Below, piece after piece: positions 36,629 through 46,287 of a DNA stretch of 64,000 bases (positions within the stretch are counted from its first letter, which is position 1; the number at the start of each line of letters is the position of its first letter). The stretch covers positions 17,700 to 81,699 of the forward strand of contig JAZOOS010000012.1 of assembly GCA_045655185.1 (NCBI GenBank), given 5' to 3'. Both the position numbers and the translations under genes were made by a program. The notes under the pieces were generated by a model. The model was not told the origin of the DNA and made no database searches. It worked only from the letters and a program-made list of their open reading frames with translations. The stretch comes from Eubacteriales bacterium (GTDB lineage: Bacteria; Bacillota; Clostridia; Oscillospirales; CAG-272).

Positions 36629-37999
36629 TTATTTTCCCACGCAGAAGTGGCTGAAGATCTCGGAAACGATATCCTCGTTGACGGCAAGCCCCGTCGTTTC
36701 GCCAAGCGCCGTGAGGGCATTCTTCAGATCGGCGCTTACCATGTCGACGGCTAGCCCCGCGCGCATACCGTCCTCGGCGGTCAAAAGCGCCTGCTCGGCC
36801 CCCAAAAGGGCGGCGTATTGCCGGGCGGAAAAGACTACGGCGTCTTCGCCAAGCGTGATCTTTTCGTCGGTAAAAAGCTTCTCTACCAGATTTTTCAGGC
36901 TCTCTGCCGTATCCTCTTTGGCCGAAAGGGTCAAAACGTAAGGCGAATAAAGGGAGAGCGCCTCGGGGGAGAAGGCGGGGGGGAGATCCGCTTTATTATA
37001 AATAAGGATAGCAGGGGCAGGGGAAGCCTTGGCTTCTTCCAAAAGCGAAAGGTCTTCCTCGGTAAGGGGGGCAGAGCTATCGAATACCGCAAGAAGCAGA
37101 TCGGCCTCTTGGAGAGCGCTTTCGGCTCGCTTGACCCCGATCTTTTCAATGGGATCCTCGGTCTTGCGGATACCCGCCGTATCGCATAGATGCAAAAGCA
37201 CCTGCCCAAGCGGCACGCTCTTTTCCAAAACGTCGCGCGTCGTGCCTGCGATATCGCTTACGATCGCCGCCTCTTCGCCAAGAAGGAGATTGTAAAGCGT
37301 GCTTTTCCCAACGTTCGGGCGACCGCAGATAACCGTTTTAATTCCCTCGCGGATCGCGCGCCCCGTGCGATAGGTAGCGATAAGCGCGTGAATACGCTCC
37401 CCGATCGAAAGGATGCCCGCAAGCATTTCCTCGTCGGTAAAATCGCCAAGATCCTCTTCGGGAAAATCAATGTGCGCCTCGGCCGTGGCCAGAAGCGTTA
37501 AAAGCGAGCGGTAGCATTCGGTAAGCGAAAGCGAAAGGCGGTCACGGGAAGCCGAAAGCAGGATCTGCGCGCGGCTTTTTGCCTCCAAAAGCGTGCCGAT
37601 GGCCTCGGCCTCGGTAAGCGAGAGGCGACCGTTGAGAAACGCGCGCCTGGTAAATTCTCCGGCTGCGGCGGGGGTAGCCCCGGCCGTAAAGAGAGCTTCC
37701 AGCACGGTGCGAGTCAAAAGAATACCGCCGTGGCAGGTAAATTCAACCGTGTCCTCCCCCGTATAGGAATGGGGGGCAGGGAAGTAAAGGGCCAGCGCGT
37801 CGTCTATCGCGACCCCCTCGGAATAAAGATCGCCGTAGATCGCGGTGCGCGGCGAGGCAAAAAGCCCTTTTTTCGCTCTGGGAACGAAGCATTTTTCGGC
37901 GATCGCAAGGGCATCGGGCCCCGATAGGCGGATAAGGGCAACCCCGCCCTTACCGGGCGGGGTTGATACGGCGGCAACCGTCGTCGTATATTCAGACAT
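36629..37999 (-). CDS. mnmE: tRNA modification GTPase MnmE
   Basis: Start MSEYTTTVAAVSTPPGKGGVALIRLSG; G1 motif GRPNVGKST; C-terminal CVGK. Confidence 0.92.
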   Translation of the reverse strand: MSEYTTTVAAVSTPPGKGGVALIRLSGPDALAIAEKCFVPRAKKGLFASPRTAIYGDLYSEGVAIDDALALYFPAPHSYTGEDTVEFTCHGGILLTRTVLEALFTAGATPAAAGEFTRRAFLNGRLSLTEAEAIGTLLEAKSRAQILLSASRDRLSLSLTECYRSLLTLLATAEAHIDFPEEDLGDFTDEEMLAGILSIGERIHALIATYRTGRAIREGIKTVICGRPNVGKSTLYNLLLGEEAAIVSDIAGTTRDVLEKSVPLGQVLLHLCDTAGIRKTEDPIEKIGVKRAESALQEADLLLAVFDSSAPLTEEDLSLLEEAKASPAPAILIYNKADLPPAFSPEALSLYSPYVLTLSAKEDTAESLKNLVEKLFTDEKITLGEDAVVFSARQYAALLGAEQALLTAEDGMRAGLAVDMVSADLKNALTALGETTGLAVNEDIVSEIFSHFCVGK

Positions 38000-38969
38000 T
38001 TTCGTCGGGCGTCTCGGCCTCGGTTGCATCAACCTCGGCTGCCTTTTCAGCCTTAGCGGCTTTCTTGTCGGTCAGGTAGATCACGATCTTTCGGTTCGAA
38101 TCGTTTCCGATCGAATTGGTGGAAACACCCTCGATGCTCTGTACCTCGGAATGGATGATGCGTCTTTCATAAGCGCTCATCGGTTCAAGCATCACGTTGC
38201 GCTGCTTTTCAAGTGCCTTATTCGCCATACGGCGGGCAAGGGCGCGAAGCGCTTCCTCACGCTTAGCGCGGTAGCCTTCAATATCAATGGTAACGCGGGT
38301 CTTGTTCTTCTCGCCGTTCTCATTCTTCTGAGCGCCGGCAAGGTTGGCAAGGTACTGAAGCGAATCCAGCGTGTCGCCGTGGTGGCCGATCAGCACCGAA
38401 GCGCCTTCACCGAGGATCGAGATGCGAAGCGTGCCGTCGCTGCAGCTGTAAAGCGTGGCCTCGGCTTCGATGCCCATATCGCGAAGCAGGGTGCAGATGA
38501 AATCATAGGTGCGGTTTTCACCGGGGGCAACCTCGATCTTTTCAAAGGTCAGGTCGTTTTCGGGAATAACTACGCTGCGAAGCGCGGTGCTTTTCGACTT
38601 TGCGTCGCGCACGGCCTCTTCGATCTCGGCCTGACGGCGGGCGCTTGCGTCGCTTCTGTCGCTTCGGTTCTGACCCTTTCCGCCCTTTTTGCGGCGGCGG
38701 TCGTTCTTCTTCTTTTCGGTTTTTTCGGGCTTGCTTTCCTCAAACACGACCTCATCGTTTCCACCCTTGCGGCGGCGTTCGGGGGCATCGGGAATCTCAA
38801 CGTAGGCGCGGACCTTAGCCGGGCGGGCGCCGATGCCGAAGATCCCCTTGGTCCCAAGGTCGATCAGCTCAAAGCGGACGTCCTCGTCCGCCCCAACGCC
38901 GAGGGCGGCGATGGCGTTTTCCTTTGCGGTGGTAATATCTTTACCCGTAGCGGTAATTTCTTTTAACAT
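37992..38969 (-). CDS. jag: Jag/KhpB RNA-binding protein (Jag_N, KH, R3H) with a basic insert
   Basis: 325 aa; N-terminus MLKEITATGKDITTAKENAI; R3H-like end ERRIIHSEV; conserved position after yidC. Confidence 0.85.
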   Translation of the reverse strand: MLKEITATGKDITTAKENAIAALGVGADEDVRFELIDLGTKGIFGIGARPAKVRAYVEIPDAPERRRKGGNDEVVFEESKPEKTEKKKNDRRRKKGGKGQNRSDRSDASARRQAEIEEAVRDAKSKSTALRSVVIPENDLTFEKIEVAPGENRTYDFICTLLRDMGIEAEATLYSCSDGTLRISILGEGASVLIGHHGDTLDSLQYLANLAGAQKNENGEKNKTRVTIDIEGYRAKREEALRALARRMANKALEKQRNVMLEPMSAYERRIIHSEVQSIEGVSTNSIGNDSNRKIVIYLTDKKAAKAEKAAEVDATEAETPDENV

Positions 38970-38983
38970 AACGTCAATTCCTT

Positions 38984-40186
38984 TCAGTTTTCGGGGGTTG
39001 TTTCGGGTGCATCGGCGGGCGCCGTTTCGGCGGTCGCTTCTTCAACCTTCGGCTCGGCGGCGATCTCTTCTGTGGGCGCCGATTCAGCCTTCTCGGGGCG
39101 GTCGTCCTCCTTTAGGGGGGCGGCTTCGATCCCCGCGGCCTTCTTCGGCTGGGGCTTGGCGGCAGGCTTTGAGCCGTTATTTTTTTGTGCGGGCGCCTCG
39201 TCCTCATCGTCAATATGGTGAAGCGAGCGGGGGCGGTTTGCCGAGGGGGTATACGAGCTGCTCGAAGCAGTTGCGCCACCCTTGACCGGCTTGCCCTTTA
39301 AGGCGCGCTCGGCCGCCTTCAGCTCTTCGGGCGTGAAGGTAGGCATCGGCATAAATTTGGCTAAAAGAAGCATCTGAATGATAGCGATGACCGACTGAAT
39401 GATCCAGTAGAAGCCGAGAGCCGAGGGAAGGCTGAAGGCAAAAAAGAGGGTCATGGCGGGCATCATCAGATCCATGATCTTGTTGGAGGCGGCCGCCTCG
39501 GGATTCGATTCGGCCTGCATCTGCATCATGGGGTTGAGCCAACGCGTCATCTTCATCGAAAGGAACTGCGAGGCAAAGGTAAGAACCGGGATAAGCAACG
39601 CCCAGGTCCAGAATTCGGGCTTCACCGAAAGGTCGATGAAGTTACCGAAGAGCGAGAAGTTCGGCAGGGTCACGCCGTTCAGCTGCGAATAGGCCGAAAG
39701 GTCTAATCCTTGCAGAATACCAAGCATCCCGATCTGGTCGTTATACGTTGCGGCGGTATGGCCTTCCTTCACCAGGATATCGGCAAGCTGCTGAATGCTG
39801 GTCTTATCCATCATGCAGATATACGAAAGCGGCTCGCGGATAATGTTATAAAGAATAATGACGAAGGCCAGCTGAAGGATCATCGGCAAGCAGCCCGAAA
39901 GCGGGGAATACCCCTCTTTTTGCTGCATCTCCATGATCTCCTGCTGCTTCTTCTGCAGGGTGGGGCGGTCGGTACGGCCGGCGTACTTCTTTTCGATCGC
40001 CATCATCTTCGGGCGCAGCTTGGCACCTTTTATCTGATTCTTCTGCTGCTTGATGGTGAAGGGAATAAGAACGATCTTCGTAAATAAAGCAAACCAGATA
40101 AGCGCAAGGGCGTAGCTTTCAAAGCCGATGTCATAATAGCAAAAGCGCATGACGTAGCCAAGGCCCTTGTAAATAAAGTCAAACAT
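38984..40186 (-). CDS. yidC: YidC/Oxa1-family membrane insertase with a long C-terminal tail
   Basis: Start MFDFIYKGL lies 5 nt after GGAGGA; conserved core; about 110 aa of low-complexity C-terminus. Confidence 0.9.
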   Translation of the reverse strand: MFDFIYKGLGYVMRFCYYDIGFESYALALIWFALFTKIVLIPFTIKQQKNQIKGAKLRPKMMAIEKKYAGRTDRPTLQKKQQEIMEMQQKEGYSPLSGCLPMILQLAFVIILYNIIREPLSYICMMDKTSIQQLADILVKEGHTAATYNDQIGMLGILQGLDLSAYSQLNGVTLPNFSLFGNFIDLSVKPEFWTWALLIPVLTFASQFLSMKMTRWLNPMMQMQAESNPEAAASNKIMDLMMPAMTLFFAFSLPSALGFYWIIQSVIAIIQMLLLAKFMPMPTFTPEELKAAERALKGKPVKGGATASSSSYTPSANRPRSLHHIDDEDEAPAQKNNGSKPAAKPQPKKAAGIEAAPLKEDDRPEKAESAPTEEIAAEPKVEEATAETAPADAPETTPEN

Positions 40187-40463
40187 AAGGATCCTCCGTA
40201 TTGGAATTTTGTCGGTCATCCTCCCATTTTCTGCTATAAGGGCGAAGGCCCGTTAAGGGAACGGGATCGTAACCGCCCTTCGAAAAGGGATTGCACCGCG
40301 CGATGCGGTACACGGTTAGCAAAGCGCCCACGAAAAAGCCACGTTTTGAAAACGCCTCAACGGCGTAGGCAGAGCAGGTTGGAGTGAACCTGCAGCAGGA
40401 CGGTTTTAAGGGAGAGATGAATTTTTGATAGAGCCGTATCAGCCATATGCAAAGATGCTTCAT
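40179..40463 (-). CDS. yidD: Membrane protein insertion efficiency factor YidD
   Basis: [12 protein letters not shown]...[10 protein letters not shown]...[14 protein letters not shown]. Confidence 0.85.
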   Translation of the reverse strand: MKHLCIWLIRLYQKFISPLKPSCCRFTPTCSAYAVEAFSKRGFFVGALLTVYRIARCNPFSKGGYDPVPLTGLRPYSRKWEDDRQNSNTEDPYV

Positions 40464-40837
40464 ACGGCAAATAGGTCTAATTTACCAAAGGCGCGGATAA
40501 GGTCTTTGGTAAGGTCGGTCGCTTTTTTCTGCGTCGCGCGCTCTCTGGCGGCGATCACGATCAAAAAGCCGGTTTTGATGGGGCGACACCTGATCGCCTC
40601 ACGGTACGCCTCACGCATGATGCGCTTGGCGCGGTTGCGGGTCACGGCCCCGCCGATCTTTTTGGAAACGGTAAGCCCCAAGCGGTTGGTGCGAAGCTTT
40701 AAGGGATGCGCCTTCATCAGGCGGTTGGCCGCATAGTCGGGCAGGACATATACGGCAAGGCTTTCGGTCACGTACCGTTTTCCCTTTGAATACGCTTTGG
40801 CATACAGATGATTTTCGCAAATCGCACGGAATTTCAC
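40460..40837 (-). CDS. rnpA: RNase P protein component
   Basis: GTG start 5 nt after AAGGAGG; basic RnpA-like sequence ([19 protein letters not shown]). Confidence 0.85.
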   Translation of the reverse strand: MKFRAICENHLYAKAYSKGKRYVTESLAVYVLPDYAANRLMKAHPLKLRTNRLGLTVSKKIGGAVTRNRAKRIMREAYREAIRCRPIKTGFLIVIAARERATQKKATDLTKDLIRAFGKLDLFAV

Positions 40838-40860
40838 GTTTGCCTCCTTACTTTCGGTTA

Positions 40861-40905
40861 AACAAAAGCCCCGATAAGCCGCAGAGGGTATCGGAGCTTT
40901 TGTTC
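40861..40905 (-). terminator. Partial terminator or attenuator hairpin between rpmH and rnpA
   Basis: aaaagcxccgata / tatcggxgctttt stem with one mismatch; weak T-run. Confidence 0.4.
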
Positions 40906-40912
40906 GCACTGA

Positions 40913-41047
40913 TTAATAGGTAAGCTGTGCTCTGCCTTTGGCGCGTCTTCTTTTCAGAACTTTTCTGCCGTTAGCGGTTGCCATTCTTTTACGGAAGCCA
41001 TGCTCCATTTTTCTTTGTCTTTTCTTGGGCTGGTAGGTTCTTTTCAT
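40913..41047 (-). CDS. rpmH: 50S ribosomal protein L34 (44 aa, below the ORF-track cutoff)
   Basis: My translation is [44 protein letters not shown]; SD AAGGAGG upstream. Confidence 0.92.
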   Translation of the reverse strand: MKRTYQPKKRQRKMEHGFRKRMATANGRKVLKRRRAKGRAQLTY

Positions 41048-41216
41048 GGCGGCACCTCCTTCTTTCAATCGAAAACTATTTATATAATAAAAACTATATA
41101 AACGAAATTTTATGCCTGCGCGTATTCATACTTGTTTATTATACGATAAATGGGAAAGCTTGTCAAGATATTTTTTTAAAAAAACACGCCTGAAAAAGAC
41201 ACTTTTGCCGCTTTTT

Positions 41217-41248
41217 CAAAAAAATGGCTCTGCCAAAGCGGCAGAGCC
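41217..41248 (-). terminator. Terminator after potD
   Basis: ggctctgcc / ggcagagcc stem followed on the minus strand by a 7-T run. Confidence 0.8.
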
Positions 41249-41255
41249 GGGTGAA

Positions 41256-42554
41256 TTAATAGAATTTTTCGCGTTTTTTCTTCCGTACAAACAGGAAGAT
41301 CGAGGTTGCGGCGATCGCCAAAACGATCGCTCCCGCCGAAATATAGATCCCAAGATCTCCGGCGCTTTCGATCTTCAACTGCTCCCAAAGCGAGTTGACG
41401 TAGTCAAGCGTTTCGCTGTCGAGGTTATGGAAATAGTAAACCGGATACTCGTCAAGCTCGGGATACAGGATCTCGTAGCCCGCCGCGGCGTACTCGGGGT
41501 CATCCTCGTTCAGGGGATTGAACATATATTCGGGGTCGTTGACGACCGCGTCGTTGGGGGTGGCGTAGCAGATATACTCGGCAACCTCCTTGGCGATGTT
41601 GTAGCTTTCGCCGTTGATATCAGCGTCGGTCATCAGCATAAAGTCAATAAACCGCTCGGCCGCCAGCTTGTTCTGCGAGCCCTTCGGTACGCACATGGCG
41701 TCAATAAAGATGTTCGTGCCTTCCTTGGGATAGGTGAAGGCAAGATCCTCGTTTTCGTCCCACATCGTCAGAAAGTCACCGGCGTAGTAGGGGGCAAGGG
41801 CGGCGGCGCCGCTTTCCATCTTGTTAAAGACCTCGTCCATAACGTAGGCCTGCACGATGGGCTTTTGCGCGTGCAGAAGCGTAAGCGCCTCGTCCCAACG
41901 GGATCGGATTGTCGTATTGACGTAGTTATCGGTCTCGCTCGTTACGCCCTTCTCGGCGCTGAGGATATACTGGGGAATTCCAAAGGCATCGCGGGAGTTG
42001 TTGAAGGTGAGAATATTGCCTTGGTACTTTTCGTCCCACAGAATACGCCAGCTGACCTCACCGGGATCCTCAAAATCCTCGGGATCCACCATCGTGGTGT
42101 TGTAGATAAGACCGACAAGACCGACGGTGAAGGGAACCGAATAGAGGGTATTCGGGTCATAATCGGGCGCCCGATAGCGCGGGTTGATGTTCTCAAAGTG
42201 AGGGATGTTGTTAAAATCCAGCGGCGAAAGCCGATCCTCGGCGATCAAGCGCTCGACCATATAGTCAGAAGGAATGATCAGGTCGATCTTCGACGAGCCG
42301 GTTTTCAGCTTGGCGTACATCTCCTCGTTGGAAGCGAAGATCGAATAAACGACCTCGATCTCTTCACCGAAGGTATAGGCGTAATACTCCTCGAAAAGGG
42401 CGATCACGTCCTCCGAATCGTCGCCGCCAAGGGGCATATATTCCCCCCAGTTGTAGATATAAAGCTTGTTTGCTTCGCCGCCGCAAGAGGAAAGCGGAAG
42501 CGCGAGTGACAGAAGGATCGCCGCAAAAAGCAGCAGGGAAAGGATCTTTTTCAC
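41256..42554 (-). CDS. potD: Spermidine/putrescine ABC transporter substrate-binding lipoprotein
   Basis: 432 aa; lipobox LSSC; PotD-like body; extra C-terminal hydrophobic helix plus KKKREK. Confidence 0.82.
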   Translation of the reverse strand: MKKILSLLLFAAILLSLALPLSSCGGEANKLYIYNWGEYMPLGGDDSEDVIALFEEYYAYTFGEEIEVVYSIFASNEEMYAKLKTGSSKIDLIIPSDYMVERLIAEDRLSPLDFNNIPHFENINPRYRAPDYDPNTLYSVPFTVGLVGLIYNTTMVDPEDFEDPGEVSWRILWDEKYQGNILTFNNSRDAFGIPQYILSAEKGVTSETDNYVNTTIRSRWDEALTLLHAQKPIVQAYVMDEVFNKMESGAAALAPYYAGDFLTMWDENEDLAFTYPKEGTNIFIDAMCVPKGSQNKLAAERFIDFMLMTDADINGESYNIAKEVAEYICYATPNDAVVNDPEYMFNPLNEDDPEYAAAGYEILYPELDEYPVYYFHNLDSETLDYVNSLWEQLKIESAGDLGIYISAGAIVLAIAATSIFLFVRKKKREKFY

Positions 42555-43378
42555 GGGCGGCCTCCTTTCTTTTGCTTCCCGTTATCCCGCTTCGCTTCGC
42601 CGCGCGCGCTGGCGATATTCGAAAGGAGAAGAAGCAGCAGAACCGTACCGAAGATAAGGGTCGAAAGGGCGTACATATCGGGGGTAACGGTACGCTTGGT
42701 CATTCCGTAGATCACGATCGGCAGAGTCTGGAAATCCTCGGCGTTGAAGTAGCTGATAACGAAGTCGTCAAGCGAGAGGGTAAAGGCCATAACGAGGCCG
42801 CTTAAAATACCCGGCATAATGGCGGGCAGCTCTACCTTGAAAAAGGATTGCAAGGGTGTGCAGCCGAGATCAAGCGCCGCTTCGGGCAGGTTCTTATCCA
42901 TCTGGCGCAGCTTCGGCAAAACCGATAGAATGACGTACGGCAGGTTAAAGGTCACGTGGGCGGCAAGCACCGTCCAAAAGCCGAAAACGCTGGTAAGTCC
43001 CAAGGCCGTCATAATAAAGGTAAAGAGAAGGGCCAGGGAAATACCGGTTACGATATCGGGGTTCATCATCGGGATATTCGAAACCGAAAGTATGGTATTC
43101 TTTACAAATTTGCGGCGCATACGCGAAATACCCACCGCGGCGGCGGTTCCGATGACCGTAGAGATCAGAGAAGAAAGGACGGCCAGGATCAGGGTATTTT
43201 TCAGTGCGGTCAGAACCTCGGTGCTTTGAAAAAGCTCGCTGTACCAGCGAAGCGAGAAGCCCGAGAAGACCGAAAGGCTTTTTCCCTCGTTAAAGGAAAA
43301 GAAGATCATAATGAGGATCGGCGCGTACAAAAAGAGAAGGATCAGCGCCGTATAAACACGGGAAACAGCATTCTTCAT
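42551..43378 (-). CDS. potC: Spermidine/putrescine ABC transporter permease
   Basis: 275 aa; 6-TM BPD-type permease; 4-nt overlaps with its neighbours. Confidence 0.85.
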   Translation of the reverse strand: MKNAVSRVYTALILLFLYAPILIMIFFSFNEGKSLSVFSGFSLRWYSELFQSTEVLTALKNTLILAVLSSLISTVIGTAAAVGISRMRRKFVKNTILSVSNIPMMNPDIVTGISLALLFTFIMTALGLTSVFGFWTVLAAHVTFNLPYVILSVLPKLRQMDKNLPEAALDLGCTPLQSFFKVELPAIMPGILSGLVMAFTLSLDDFVISYFNAEDFQTLPIVIYGMTKRTVTPDMYALSTLIFGTVLLLLLLSNIASARGEAKRDNGKQKKGGRP

Positions 43379-44193
43379 ACAACCATCGCCCCCTCTTCAT
43401 CGCCGAAGCGGTTCATGATCGCCATGCTGATCAGCACGATGATCATCAAAACGAGCGAAAGCGCCGCGCCCATATTGTAGTTGGTGTTGGCCATAAACTG
43501 TCTTTCGATCGTATCGCCGATAAGGTCAAAGCTTCCGCCCCCCATCTTCTGGGAGATATAGAAGGTCGAGATACAGGGAACGAAGACCATGGTAATACCC
43601 GAAATGACTCCCGAAAGGCTCAGGGGAAAGACCACCTTGATCATGGTGTGAAGGTTGCTGCATCCAAGATCCCCCGCCGCCTCCAAAAGCGACTTGTCGA
43701 TCTTGGAAATGACCGTGCAGATCGGTAATACCATATAAGGGAGAAAATTGTAGACCATACCGAGAATGACCGCCCCGCCGGTACCGAGAAACCGAATGTT
43801 GGTACCGAGGATCGTGTTGATCAGGCCGTTGGTTTCCAAAAGGTTCATCCAGCAATAGGTGCGGATAAGAAGGTTCATCCACATCGGGAGCATGATCAGC
43901 ATAATGAGCAGCCCCTGTGTATGCGCCTTCATGCGGGAAAGGAAATAGGCAAGCGGATAGGCGATCAAAAGGCAGATCGCGGTGGCGATGACCGCAAAGC
44001 AAAGCGAGCGCAGAAAGATCGCCATATAATCGGGGGTGAAAAGATCGCGGATGTTTCCAAAGGAAAACTCGCCGCTTTTGTCGGTGAAGGAATAGTAAAG
44101 AACGAAGATGAGGGGGGCTACGATAAACAGAACGCTCCACACGATGTGCGGGGCGGCGGCAACCGAGCGCCGCAGCGAACCCTTACGCTGCAT
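43375..44193 (-). CDS. potB: Spermidine/putrescine ABC transporter permease
   Basis: 272 aa; EAA-loop-like segment LLEAAGDLGCS. Confidence 0.85.
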   Translation of the reverse strand: MQRKGSLRRSVAAAPHIVWSVLFIVAPLIFVLYYSFTDKSGEFSFGNIRDLFTPDYMAIFLRSLCFAVIATAICLLIAYPLAYFLSRMKAHTQGLLIMLIMLPMWMNLLIRTYCWMNLLETNGLINTILGTNIRFLGTGGAVILGMVYNFLPYMVLPICTVISKIDKSLLEAAGDLGCSNLHTMIKVVFPLSLSGVISGITMVFVPCISTFYISQKMGGGSFDLIGDTIERQFMANTNYNMGAALSLVLMIIVLISMAIMNRFGDEEGAMVV

Positions 44194-44194
44194 C

Positions 44195-45310
44195 TTATTC
44201 TTCCTCCTCTTGGGGGTTGGAAAGCTCGTCCATCTCGGCGCTGAAGGTGCTGTAATCGCCGAAGGTACCCGAGAATTCGGATTTCTTCATAATGTGGATG
44301 GCGTCGGGCTCAATATACAGGCCGATCTCCTTGCCAACCTCCACGAAGTCGGTGGATTGGATCATCCATTTGAAGTTGTCGATATCCACGATGATCTCGT
44401 AATGCACACCCTTGAAGGTGACCGAGGTGACCGTGCCGCGAAGCATTCCCTTTTCGGGGGCCACGACGTCTACGTCCTCGGGGCGTACGACGACGTCAAC
44501 CGGCTCGTTCTTCATAAAGCCGTGGTCAAGACACTCGAAGGTGTGCCCGGCAAAGGAAGCCTTATAATCCTCGTGCATTACGCCGTCTACGATATTACTT
44601 TCACCGATAAAGTCGGCAACGAAGGCGTTCTTCGGCTCGTTGTAGATATCGGTGGGGGTGCCGATCTGCTGAATAACGCCGCCTGCCATGACCACAACGG
44701 TATCCGACATCGAAAGCGCCTCCTCCTGATCGTGGGTGACGTAGATAAAGGCGATCCCGGTCTGCTTTTGTATCTTCTTCAACTCGTTCTGCATATCCTT
44801 GCGAAGCTTCAGGTCGAGGGCGCCGAGCGGCTCGTCAAGAAGCAGGACGCGGGGCTTGCTGATCAGGGCGCGGGCAATGGCGACGCGTTGCTGCTGACCA
44901 CCCGACAGAAGGGTGACGTTGCGCCGTTCAAATCCCTTTAACGCCACAAGCTCCAGCATCTCCTTCACGCGAGCGGAAATTTCTTCCTCAGGGCGCTTTT
45001 GCAAGCGCAGAGCAAAGGCAATGTTCTCGTAAACATTAAGATGGGGGAACAAGGCGTATTTCTGAAATACCGTGTTTACCTGACGCTTGTAAGGGGGAAG
45101 ATCGTTGATCTTCTTTCCGTCAAAATAAACCTCTCCTTCATCGGGGGAGACAAACCCGCCGATGATACGCAGGGTCGTGGTTTTTCCGCAACCCGAGGGG
45201 CCGAGCAGGGTAACGAATTCGTTGTCACGAATATAAAGGTCGATCGAGTCTAAAACCTTCTCCCCGTCAAACTCCTTGGTAATTCCTCTAAGCTCAATGA
45301 TTTTTTCCAT
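44195..45310 (-). CDS. potA: Spermidine/putrescine ABC transporter ATP-binding protein
   Basis: Start [14 protein letters not shown]; Walker [10 protein letters not shown], signature LSGGQQQR, C-terminal TOBE-like domain. Start uncertain because the SD spacing is long. Confidence 0.88.
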   Translation of the reverse strand: MEKIIELRGITKEFDGEKVLDSIDLYIRDNEFVTLLGPSGCGKTTTLRIIGGFVSPDEGEVYFDGKKINDLPPYKRQVNTVFQKYALFPHLNVYENIAFALRLQKRPEEEISARVKEMLELVALKGFERRNVTLLSGGQQQRVAIARALISKPRVLLLDEPLGALDLKLRKDMQNELKKIQKQTGIAFIYVTHDQEEALSMSDTVVVMAGGVIQQIGTPTDIYNEPKNAFVADFIGESNIVDGVMHEDYKASFAGHTFECLDHGFMKNEPVDVVVRPEDVDVVAPEKGMLRGTVTSVTFKGVHYEIIVDIDNFKWMIQSTDFVEVGKEIGLYIEPDAIHIMKKSEFSGTFGDYSTFSAEMDELSNPQEEEE

Positions 45311-45359
45311 TTTTTGTCCGAACGGCTCTCCTTTCATACGAAAAAAATAGTCGAAATGA

Positions 45360-45388
45360 ATTATATCAAAAAAGTTGACAAAATGCAA
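45360..45388 (-). promoter_or_regulatory. potABCD promoter
   Basis: On the minus strand: TTGCAT, 17-nt spacer, TATAAT. Confidence 0.6.
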
Positions 45389-45404
45389 TATTTTTTTCAA
45401 AAAA

Positions 45405-45439
45405 ATAAACATAAAAAGGGGTGGGTTATATTCCCACCC
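45405..45439 (-). terminator. Terminator overlapping the 3' end of the M50-like gene
   Basis: gggtggg / cccaccc stem, 7-nt loop, T-rich run on the minus strand. Confidence 0.55.
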
Positions 45440-46007
45440 GCCGGCGGTTGAAAAAGAGGCGCAAAAAAATGGAAAAAAGAAGAAAGGCAGCAAGCGGACC
45501 CCCGCCGAAAAGCAACAAAAAAAGAAGCGAAAAGATCAAAAGAACGCTAAAAGAAAAAGTTAAAGCGAAGACGACGGTTTCGGCTGCGCGAAGCGGAAGA
45601 AAAAGGGCTGAAAGAGCAAAAAGCGCGCCGGAGCCGTCGGTATCGGGAAGCGGCAAAAGAGAGGAAAGCCCGCAAAGAAGCTGAATGACGGAAAAGGATA
45701 AAAGCGCTTCGCTTACGGGAAAGAGTCTTGGCAGTAAAAATCCCGCGGCGATATTAAAAAGCGGGCCGCAAAGCAAAACCGCCAGTTCCCCCTTATAGGA
45801 GAGCGGGGCGCGGGGTGTCAGAAGCATGCCGCCGTAAGCCGCCCGAAAGGCAGGCAAGGGCTTTCCAAGAAGCAGAAAGCCGAACAAATGCCCCCCTTCG
45901 TGAAGAAGGATGGCGGCAAGGATCATAAAGAATTCGGCCGTCTCGGTCAAAAAAAGAAGCGGGAGCAGCCAAGAAAGCAAAAGAAGCCCTCCCTTAGCGA
46001 GCTTCAT
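45426..46007 (-). CDS. Small site-2-protease (peptidase M50) family membrane protein
   Basis: 193 aa; HExxH (LHEGGHL) inside a TM helix, and LLPLPDTDG resembling the S2P NxxPxxxLDG motif. Confidence 0.6.
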   Translation of the reverse strand: MKLAKGGLLLLSWLLPLLFLTETAEFFMILAAILLHEGGHLFGFLLLGKPLPAFRAAYGGMLLTPRAPLSYKGELAVLLCGPLFNIAAGFLLPRLFPVSEALLSFSVIQLLCGLSSLLPLPDTDGSGALFALSALFLPLRAAETVVFALTFSFSVLLIFSLLFLLLFGGGPLAAFLLFSIFLRLFFNRRRVGI

Positions 46008-46194
46008 ACTTACATAAAAAGGCGTGTATCACGTCGCTTTCGGTGATAGCCGAAAGGGCGCTTTCCTCATCGGTCTTTTGCCCCTTTTCCAACCGACAGC
46101 CAAGGCCGCCGAGGAAAAAAGAAAGCGATAAAAGGAAAGAAAGAATAACCACCCCCCAAAGCCTTGCCCGAGAGGGATCAAAAACCGTACGCAT
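45994..46194 (-). CDS. Possible small membrane protein (66 aa)
   Basis: One hydrophobic helix; overlaps the next gene by 14 nt; no other support. Confidence 0.3.
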   Translation of the reverse strand: MRTVFDPSRARLWGVVILSFLLSLSFFLGGLGCRLEKGQKTDEESALSAITESDVIHAFLCKYEAR

Positions 46195-46287
46195 AAGCCT
46201 TCTCCTTTCTTTTTATCCTATGCAGGAATTTTTCGAAATATGAAAGAAGAAAAGGACAAGCCTTCGGCGCGCGCCGAAGGCTTTTTG

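Noticed and set aside
41048-41255. Possible oriC or DnaA-box cluster in the AT-rich spacer upstream of rpmH.
   Set aside because: I found no TTATCCACA/TGTGGATAA-like boxes on either strand, and dnaA is not adjacent. The spacer is explained by the potD terminator plus the rpmH promoter region.
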